The notes below the pieces were generated by a model. The model saw only the letters and a program-made list of their open reading frames with translations. It was not told the DNA's origin and made no database searches. From an uncultured Candidatus Saccharibacteria bacterium (GTDB lineage Bacteria > Patescibacteriota > Minisyncoccia > Minisyncoccales > GBS-2), in the NCBI GenBank assembly GCA_964593405.1, contig CAZQIO010000004.1, positions 1 through 33,788 of the forward strand: 33,788 nucleotides of DNA, written 5' to 3'. The position numbers were made by a program, and so were the translations under genes. Positions 1-5,987 of the stretch are shown here, one piece after another; within the stretch, counting starts at the first letter, position 1, and each line of letters opens with the position of its first letter.

Positions 1-2
1 AA

Positions 3-485
3 GAAAATAAATCTTTGTTTGAGGGAATTAAAAAATTGATAAAACAGGCCTTGGCCGAAGTTTCAGAAATTTTCACGCCAAAAATTAAAACAAAACAAAT
101 TTGCCTTGAAGGCGAGGATGGTGAAACAATCTGCATCACAAAAGATCAATTAAAACAATTGCTAAATCAACAAACAACCAACAACTCTCAACCTTTGGGC
201 GGAGGACAAAACACTGAAAATTCGGCGCCAACTTCAACTTGTACAACTTCAACTTTCTATTTAGATTCAGATGGCGATGGTTATGGCGACCCGAATAATT
301 CCACCTCAACCTGCGAAGCGCCAGCTGGCTATGTAACCGATAATACCGATTGTGATGATAATAACAAGGATATCAATCCCGGTGCTTCTGAGATTTGCGA
401 GGGCAAAGATAACAATTGCGACGGACAAGTAGACGAAAGTTGCAACACTTCTACCACTCCCACCTCAACCCCAAACCCAAGTTAA
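3..485 (+). CDS. Cys-rich secreted/surface protein, 3' part, with MopE-like putative metal-binding motif; 5' end lies outside the window
   Basis: The reading frame is open to the window edge. The translation contains [41 protein letters not shown], an Asp/Cys-rich signature of MopE-type putative metal-binding repeats. A Thr/Ser/Pro-rich tail follows. Confidence 0.6.
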   Translation, partial: ENKSLFEGIKKLIKQALAEVSEIFTPKIKTKQICLEGEDGETICITKDQLKQLLNQQTTNNSQPLGGGQNTENSAPTSTCTTSTFYLDSDGDGYGDPNNSTSTCEAPAGYVTDNTDCDDNNKDINPGASEICEGKDNNCDGQVDESCNTSTTPTSTPNPS

Positions 486-493
486 AAATCTGA

Positions 494-510
494 CAGGGGT
501 CTGACCCATG
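494..510 (+). repeat. REP-like hairpin copy 1 (CAGGGGT-CTG-ACCCaTG, 16 of 17 match to consensus)
   Basis: Hand alignment to the perfect copies at 702, 1253 and 2866. The last 3 nt are the ATG of the downstream transposase gene. Confidence 0.7.
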
Positions 511-1245
511 CCTAGAAAACCGAGACAATTTATTAATGGAGAAATTTATCATATTGTTTTAAGAAGGGTGGGAAACGAACTTCTTTTTGGCGATGTTGAC
601 GATTATTATCGAATGATTTTTTACATCTATGAATGCAACACAACAAAGCCCGTTTTAATCAGAGAAAGGAGAAAAGCCCGCGAAAAATACAAGAAAATGA
701 TCAGGGGTCTGACCCCTGACAAAATTCCAGAGTGGAAGGATGAAAGAGAACATCTAGTTGAGGTTTTGGCTTTTTGTTTAATGCCAAATCATATTCATTT
801 GCTTTTGAGGCAGTTAAAAGATAATGGGATTAGTAAATACATTCAAAAAATTGCCGCAGGTTACGCTGCTTATTTTAAAAACAAATACGGAATAAAATTA
901 AGAGGACATTTTTTCCAAGATAGGTTTAGTGCCACTCTTATTGAAAACGACGAACAATTGAGAGTAGTTTTTACTTATATTCACACAAATCCAGTAGAAT
1001 TAGTAGAGCCTGGCTGGAAAGATTTAAAAGTGGAAGACGAAAAAAGAGCGATTGAATTTTTGAAAAGTTATAAGTGGTCGAGTTATTTAGATTATCTGGG
1101 CGAAAAGAATTTCCCCTCAGTAACCCAAAGAGACTTTTTGTTGGAAGTAATGGGTGGAAAAGAAGGATGCCAAAAATGGGTTGGAGATTGGATAGCCTTT
1201 AAAAAAGGCCTAAAAAAATTAATGGAAACCTTAAGCTTAGAATAA
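508..1245 (+). CDS. REP-associated tyrosine transposase (RAYT), IS200/IS605-type HUH/Y1 family
   Basis: The 245-aa ORF has the HUH motif in LMPNHIHLLL and the catalytic-Tyr region FTYIHTNPVE. The N-terminus GEIYHIVLR is typical of Y1 transposases. No second IS gene is present and the ORF is flanked by REP-like hairpins. Confidence 0.8.
   Translation: MPRKPRQFINGEIYHIVLRRVGNELLFGDVDDYYRMIFYIYECNTTKPVLIRERRKAREKYKKMIRGLTPDKIPEWKDEREHLVEVLAFCLMPNHIHLLLRQLKDNGISKYIQKIAAGYAAYFKNKYGIKLRGHFFQDRFSATLIENDEQLRVVFTYIHTNPVELVEPGWKDLKVEDEKRAIEFLKSYKWSSYLDYLGEKNFPSVTQRDFLLEVMGGKEGCQKWVGDWIAFKKGLKKLMETLSLE
702..718 (+). repeat. REP-like hairpin copy 2 (CAGGGGT-CTG-ACCCCTG), inside the RAYT coding sequence
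   Basis: Perfect 7-bp stem with a 3-nt loop. It is read in frame as part of ..IRGLTPD.. Confidence 0.8.
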
Positions 1246-1252
1246 AACCATA

Positions 1253-1269
1253 CAGGGGTCAGACCCCTG
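1253..1269 (+). repeat. REP-like hairpin copy 3 (CAGGGGT-CAG-ACCCCTG), inverted relative to copies 1 and 2
   Basis: Perfect 17-mer located 8 nt after the RAYT stop codon. Confidence 0.8.
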
Positions 1270-1290
1270 CAAACCTTTACAAGTTTTCAT

Positions 1291-1341
1291 TCCTTCTGTT
1301 TCTTAATAAAAATCGGCTCATTTCTTTGATTTGATCCGATT
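1291..1341 (+). repeat. Direct repeat copy A (about 51 nt): gene 3'-end remnant plus AATCGG..CCGATT hairpin
   Basis: tccttctgtttcttaataaaaatcggctcatttctttgatttgatccgatt aligns by hand with 2103-2153, with 5 mismatches. Confidence 0.7.
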
Positions 1342-1397
1342 AGTTAATCTCACAGGTAGTGGCGCCTCTGTAGGGTTGAGATATTAAAAAACTAACA

Positions 1398-1429
1398 AGC
1401 TAAAAAGCTAATTAGCTAATAAGCTAAAC
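1398..1429. repeat. Tandem 8-mer, (AGCTAANN)x4
   Basis: AGCTAAAA AGCTAATT AGCTAATA AGCTAAAC, with unit starts at 1398, 1406, 1414 and 1422. It includes the perfect palindrome TTAGCTAA. Confidence 0.7.
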
Positions 1430-1515
1430 TGATCGAAGTTTGGCCTCAATCAGTGGCTTGCTTTTAAAAGCTGCAAAGTATTGTTCAGCGAATAAAATTT
1501 GACAACGGTTTCAAT

Positions 1516-1721
1516 ATGAAAAATACAATTACTCTTCCCAAAAAAGAATACAGAGAGCTCATTCGATTGAGGGAAAAGTTGGATTTGATTTTAAAGAGAG
1601 CTTTAATCGAAGAGAAAAAACTCTGAGCGCAAGTGAACTTTCGAATTTGGCTAAATTAAAAATAAAAGGAGGACCGAAAGATTTATCTGAAAAGGTAAAT
1701 TTTTATCTTTACGATCGATAG
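1516..1721 (+). pseudogene. Frameshifted type II antitoxin-like gene
   Basis: The ATG at 1516 gives MKNTITLPKKEYRELIRLREKLDLILKRALIEEKKL and then stops at TGA 1624-1626. The adjacent frame continues as LSASELSNLAKLKIKGGPKDLSEKVNFYLYDR and stops at 1719-1721. The frame break follows an A-run (aaaaaactc). Confidence 0.5.
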
Positions 1722-1740
1722 CGTTAAAAAAAATTTAAAT

Positions 1741-1872
1741 ATGAAAATTTTAGTAGATACAGACTTTTTGATTGCCTTAATTAAAGAAGACGACAAAAAT
1801 CATTTGAACTCGATTAACAAACTTAAGGGCTTAAAAGATGCCCTAATTTTTATTACCCCCTTTACCATTTGA
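1741..1872 (+). pseudogene. Truncated PIN-domain (VapC-like) toxin, N-terminal 43 codons only
   Basis: MKILVDTDFLIALIKEDDKNH.. has the PIN N-terminal acidic motif (ILVDTD). It stops after 43 aa, whereas a full PIN domain is about 130 aa. It lies 19 nt downstream of the antitoxin remnant. Confidence 0.55.
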
Positions 1873-1890
1873 AGTAAGCCTAATTCAATC

Positions 1891-2121
1891 ATGTTGACTC
1901 GTCATGTTGGCGTCAAACGTCAGCATAAAGGAGTTTTGCCGGATTCTGATTCGCAACTTTTAACAGAAGAAATTTACAATGGCGAGCAATTCACCCAAAC
2001 CAGAACGTGTAACGACTTCAACAATTGCGGAATAGAAGAAGGAAAACCAATCAAATCCCAACAATCTATTGGCACAAAAGATTGCTCAAACTCTATCTCC
2101 ACTCCTTCTGCTTCTGAATAA
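1891..2121 (+). pseudogene. Probable 3' fragment of a secreted Cys-containing protein gene
   Basis: The 76-aa ORF has no recognisable start context. Its C-terminus (..TRTCNDFNNCGIEEGK..CSNSISTPSASE) and downstream hairpin are duplicated at 1291-1341. Whether it is coding is uncertain. Confidence 0.3.
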
Positions 2122-2153
2122 AAATCGGATCATTTCTTTGATTTGGCCGATTG
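2103..2153 (+). repeat. Direct repeat copy B (about 51 nt)
   Basis: tccttctgcttctgaataaaaatcggatcatttctttgatttggccgatt pairs with copy A at 1291-1341. Confidence 0.7.
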
Positions 2154-2245
2154 AATGGATAAGTTGTCCCTAAATTGCTGTTTGAAGTTTTTTACAAATT
2201 GACTTTTTTGTAAAATTACGCAAAGAATTTCAAGGAATATCTTTT

Positions 2246-2812
2246 ATGAAAATTTTGGCAATTGCGGACGCATCACCAACTCAATCTTTAAAATCTCTGG
2301 TAGAAAAAAACAAGGTGGAATTAATTTGTACCTTGGGGGATTTGAATTTTTTTGATTTGAGGGAACTTTCAGAAATTACTGAAATTCCAAAAATTGGAGT
2401 TTATGGAAATCACGATTCCGGGAAATATTTTGAAAGTTTGGGGATTTTAAATTTGCATTTGAAAACTTTTGAATACAAAGGTTTTATCTTTGGTGGCTTT
2501 GAAGGTTGCGTTCGCTACAAAAGTTCTCCTGAAGCTATAATGTGCTCTCAAGAAGAGGCAGAAGAGCTTTTAAAGAATTTTCCAAGAGTGGATGTAATGA
2601 TCACCCATTGTCCACCTTATGGGATTAACGACGAACCTGAAGATTTAGCCCACCAGGGGTTTTTGGCCTTGAGAAAATATCTTGAAACGAAAAAACCAAA
2701 ATATCTTCTACATGGCCACACTTTCCCTAAACCAGGGAAAATGGTAGAGCAATTTGGGGAGACAAAAATTGTTTTTGTTTGGCGAGAAAAAATAGTTGAA
2801 CTCACCAAATAA
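2246..2812 (+). CDS. Calcineurin-like metallophosphoesterase
   Basis: The 188-aa ORF carries the motifs GDLN, GNHD, ITHCPP and HGH in the canonical metallophosphoesterase order. Confidence 0.75.
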   Translation: MKILAIADASPTQSLKSLVEKNKVELICTLGDLNFFDLRELSEITEIPKIGVYGNHDSGKYFESLGILNLHLKTFEYKGFIFGGFEGCVRYKSSPEAIMCSQEEAEELLKNFPRVDVMITHCPPYGINDEPEDLAHQGFLALRKYLETKKPKYLLHGHTFPKPGKMVEQFGETKIVFVWREKIVELTK

Positions 2813-2865
2813 TAAATAGCGATGACTGGCAACGGGAAAGAAAAAAGCGAAAGAAATTGATTTAA

Positions 2866-2882
2866 CAGGGGTCAGACCCCTG
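2866..2882 (+). repeat. REP-like hairpin copy 4 (CAGGGGT-CAG-ACCCCTG)
   Basis: Perfect 17-mer, same orientation as copy 3, lying between the metallophosphoesterase gene and the pheS promoter-like site. Confidence 0.8.
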
Positions 2883-2895
2883 AATTCTTAAATTC

Positions 2896-2924
2896 TTGAT
2901 TTTGGGATATTTTTGGGTTAAAAT
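2896..2924 (+). promoter_or_regulatory. Sigma70-like promoter upstream of pheS (TTGATT-17 nt-TAAAAT)
   Basis: The -35 is at 2896-2901 and the -10 at 2919-2924. The predicted start near 2931 lies only about 2 nt before the ATG at 2933. Confidence 0.4.
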
Positions 2925-2932
2925 GGAATATT

Positions 2933-3964
2933 ATGAAGAAAGTTGACTTTAAATCCCTAGAGAAAAAAGTAAGGCTAAAAATAGAGAGGGCTAAAAATTT
3001 GAAGGAATTGGATGAAATTTTCAAAGAATATTTTGGCAAAAAAGGGGAAATAAAAAACCTTTTTAAGCTTTTGCCAAAAATCCCAAAGAAAAAGAGAAAA
3101 GAATATGGAGAAAGGCTAACTAGGTTAAAAGAGAGTCTTTTGGAAGAATTTGATAAAAAGGCTAAAGAGTTGAAAGAGAAAATTGAAAAAGAAAGGGAAG
3201 AAAAAGAATGGATAGATATTACAATTCCTGGCAAAAAAATTGAAATCGGGCATTTGCATCCTCTAACTCAAGTTAAGAGAAAAATTGGGGAAATTTTCCA
3301 ATCGATGGGGTTTGAAATAGTTGAGGGGCCAGAAATTGAAGATGAGTGGCACAATTTTGATGCCCTAAACATTCCTCCAGACCATCCAGCCAGAGATATT
3401 TTGTCTTTGGGGAAAACTTTTTACTTGAAAGACGGTGGACTTTTGAGGAGCCACACTTCAGCAGTTCAAATAAGATACATGGAAAAAAACAACCCCCCAT
3501 TGAGAATTATTGCCCCAGGAAGAGTTTTTAGAGCAGAGGCTACCGATGCTTCCCACGAAACCGATCTTTTTCAGGTTGAAGGGTTGATGGTTGGAAAAGA
3601 AGTTTCGGTGGCAAATTTTAAGGCAATCGTTGAAGAATTTTTGAGCAGATTTTTTGAGAAAGAAATCAAAATTAGACTAAGGCCATCTTACTTTCCATTT
3701 ACAGAACCCTCTTTTGAAATAGACGTTTCTTGTCCAATTTGCGATGGCAAAGGCTGTTCAACTTGCAAAGAATCTGGCTGGGTTGAATTGATGGGAGCTG
3801 GGATGGTTCATCCAAGAGTTTACAAAAACTGTGGGCTTTTGCCAAAAGATTGGCAAGGCTTTGCTTTTGGAATTGGAATGGATCGGTTGGCAATGCTAAA
3901 ATACAAAATTCCTGACATTAGACTTTTTAGGTCAGGAGATTTGAGGTTTTTGAAACAATTCTAA
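2933..3964 (+). CDS. pheS: Phenylalanine--tRNA ligase alpha subunit
   Basis: The 343-aa ORF has class II motifs (HPARD, FRAEATDASHE, GFAFGIGMDRLAM) and is immediately followed by pheT. Confidence 0.95.
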   Translation: MKKVDFKSLEKKVRLKIERAKNLKELDEIFKEYFGKKGEIKNLFKLLPKIPKKKRKEYGERLTRLKESLLEEFDKKAKELKEKIEKEREEKEWIDITIPGKKIEIGHLHPLTQVKRKIGEIFQSMGFEIVEGPEIEDEWHNFDALNIPPDHPARDILSLGKTFYLKDGGLLRSHTSAVQIRYMEKNNPPLRIIAPGRVFRAEATDASHETDLFQVEGLMVGKEVSVANFKAIVEEFLSRFFEKEIKIRLRPSYFPFTEPSFEIDVSCPICDGKGCSTCKESGWVELMGAGMVHPRVYKNCGLLPKDWQGFAFGIGMDRLAMLKYKIPDIRLFRSGDLRFLKQF

Positions 3965-3965
3965 A

Positions 3966-5987
3966 ATGAAGTTTTCATACAATTGGCTACAATCTTTTTT
4001 TACTAAAAAATTGCCCCCTCCAGAAAAACTGGCAGAGATTTTAACAATGAGGGCCTTTGAGGTTGAAGAGGTCAACAAAATAAAAGTTGGCAAAAGCCAA
4101 GATTGGCAATTGGAAATTGATGTTTTACCAAATAGAACAGATTGTTATTCTCATTTTGGGATGGCAAGGGAAATTGGGGCAATTTTAAATTTGAAAATGA
4201 AAACAGAAAATTGGCGATTAAAAGAAGAAGAAAATTTACAGACAAAAGATTTTGTCTCAATCAAGGTTAAGGCAGGTTGCCAAAGATATTGTGCCAGAGT
4301 TTTAATTGAACCAAAAATTGAAGAATCTCCAGATTTTATCAAAGAAAGGTTGGAAGTTTGCGGTCTAAAACCAATAAACAACGTCGTCGATATTACAAAT
4401 TACGTTATGCTCGAGCTCGGCCAACCCCTCCATGCCTTCGATTTAGAAAAGGTTGAGGACCGACAAATAATTGTCAGACTGGCCAAAGAGGGAGAAGAAA
4501 TTTTAACTTTGGATAACGAAGAATATAAATTGGATGAAAGCATTTTAGTGATTGCAGATTCAAAAAAGCCAATTGGAATTGCTGGAATTAAAGGAGGAAA
4601 AAATTCAGGGATTTCAGAAAGGACAAAAATTTTGCTTTTGGAAAGTGCCAACTTTGATCCAGTATTGATTCGGCGGGCTTCAATAAAAATCGATTTGAAA
4701 ACTGATGCCGCCCTGAGGTTTTCCCATGGTTTGGACCCAAATTTGGCAGAAGTTGCAGCAAACCGGGCAGCCTTTTTGATCCAACAAATTTGTAAGGCAA
4801 AGGTGGCAAAGGGAATTTTAGATTATTATCCTCAAAAGGTTTTGCCAAAAAAAATAAAGTTGGACAAAAACTACTTGGAATCTCTTTTGGGTATTAAAAT
4901 CTCAACCAAAGAAATAGTGACAATTTTGAAAAATCTTGGCTTTGAACTGAGCAAAAATTTAGTAGTCACAGTTCCAACATTTAGAAGGGATGTTTCAATT
5001 CAAGAAGATTTGATCGAAGAGGTTGGAAGAATTTACGGTTATGAAAAGATTGAAAAAAAATTCCCAACTGTTTTGCTTTGCCCACCAAGGAAAAATTTTG
5101 ATTTGTTTTGGGAAGAAAGGGCCAAAGACATTTTAAAAGAAATTGGTTTTTTTGAAGTTTTGAACTATTCATTTGTTTCAAAAGATGATATTGAAAACTT
5201 TGGTTTCAAAGAGGAAGCTATCGAAATTGAAAACCCAGTTTCGGCAAATTTCCAATTTTTAAGGCCAACTTTGCTTGTCAATTTGCTAAAAAACGTCCAA
5301 AAAAATCAAAAAAATTTCCCTGAGATAAAAATTTTTGAGATCGGCAAAATTTTCAAAAAAGAAAAACAGACAAAGAAAGAGAAAAAGGCCTTGAGTTTTG
5401 TAATTTCGGGAAATAAATTTTTCGAGGCAAAAGGGATAATCGATACTCTCTTTAAAAAATTGGGAATTTCAAACTTTTATTTTGACTTTTTCAAACCAAC
5501 ACCAGAAGAAACAAAATCTACAATCTGGCAAAAGGGAAAAACTGCAGAAATTAGAATTGGAGACAAAGAAGTTGGCTTTTTAGGAATGATTTCGAGAAAA
5601 ATTTTGGAAAAGTATGAAATTGAAAAAGATTTGGTTGCCGTAGATATTGACTTTGATTTACTCTCAAAGCTTGCCACAGAAGAACAAGAGTTTGAACCAA
5701 TTTCGCCCTATCCTCCAATAATTCGGGATATTTCCATTTTGGTTCCCAAAGATGTTTTGGTTGAAACGGTAATTTCAGAGATTGAAAGGAGTGGGGGAGA
5801 GCTAATCAGAGACATTGACCTTTTTGATATTTTTGAGGAGATTGAGCCAGAAAGAAAAAGCTTGACTTTTCGAATTATCTTTCAGGCAAAAGACAGAGCG
5901 ATTTTACCAAAAGAGTTAGATCAAATTTGGGAAAAAATAATTGAAAATTTGGAAAAAAATCAAAATTGGGAAGTGAGAAAAAAATGA
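3966..5987 (+). CDS. pheT: Phenylalanine--tRNA ligase beta subunit (short form, 673 aa)
   Basis: N-terminus MKFSYNWL.., B3/B4 region (NNVVDITNYVMLELGQPLHAFD) and a C-terminal anticodon-binding-like domain. It starts 1 nt after the pheS stop. Confidence 0.9.
   Translation: MKFSYNWLQSFFTKKLPPPEKLAEILTMRAFEVEEVNKIKVGKSQDWQLEIDVLPNRTDCYSHFGMAREIGAILNLKMKTENWRLKEEENLQTKDFVSIKVKAGCQRYCARVLIEPKIEESPDFIKERLEVCGLKPINNVVDITNYVMLELGQPLHAFDLEKVEDRQIIVRLAKEGEEILTLDNEEYKLDESILVIADSKKPIGIAGIKGGKNSGISERTKILLLESANFDPVLIRRASIKIDLKTDAALRFSHGLDPNLAEVAANRAAFLIQQICKAKVAKGILDYYPQKVLPKKIKLDKNYLESLLGIKISTKEIVTILKNLGFELSKNLVVTVPTFRRDVSIQEDLIEEVGRIYGYEKIEKKFPTVLLCPPRKNFDLFWEERAKDILKEIGFFEVLNYSFVSKDDIENFGFKEEAIEIENPVSANFQFLRPTLLVNLLKNVQKNQKNFPEIKIFEIGKIFKKEKQTKKEKKALSFVISGNKFFEAKGIIDTLFKKLGISNFYFDFFKPTPEETKSTIWQKGKTAEIRIGDKEVGFLGMISRKILEKYEIEKDLVAVDIDFDLLSKLATEEQEFEPISPYPPIIRDISILVPKDVLVETVISEIERSGGELIRDIDLFDIFEEIEPERKSLTFRIIFQAKDRAILPKELDQIWEKIIENLEKNQNWEVRKK

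Larger units (their letters stand above)
494..1269 (+). mobile_element. REPtron-like unit: RAYT gene bracketed by oppositely oriented REP-like hairpins
   Basis: The copies at 494 and 702 have loop CTG and the copy at 1253 has loop CAG, which is the reverse complement. The gene is therefore flanked by inverted hairpins. Confidence 0.6.

Noticed and set aside
1398-1429. Possible CRISPR array or CRISPR remnant.
   Set aside because: The repeat unit is only 8 nt with 2-nt variable positions and no spacers of CRISPR size. No cas genes are in the window.
2182-2216. Promoter for the metallophosphoesterase gene built from TTTACA / TTGACT / TAAAAT, plus an 8-bp inverted repeat TTTTACAA..TTGTAAAA (2190-2197 with 2208-2215).
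   Set aside because: No combination gives a 16-18 nt spacer; the spacers are 14, 6 or 23 nt. I do not call a promoter. The inverted repeat is AT-only and could be chance in this composition.
2872-3234. Minus-strand ORFs in the track, for example 2872-3234, 10621-11091, 27239-27802, 30425-30817 and 33150-33512.
   Set aside because: Each lies fully antisense to a strongly supported plus-strand gene (pheS, dCMP deaminase, tuf, rplB, rplN). Their translations are low-complexity or Ser/Phe/Leu-rich. They are shadow ORFs typical of AT-rich DNA.
5966-5983. Upstream in-frame alternative starts given by the ORF track: gyrB TTG at 5966, glyA at 12612, alaS at 17955, rplQ at 23542, rplC at 28495, rplD at 29090, rpsS at 30798 and rplN at 33117.
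   Set aside because: In every case an internal ATG gives the conserved family N-terminus and sits 0-2 nt from the upstream stop. The longer versions overlap the preceding gene with non-homologous residues.
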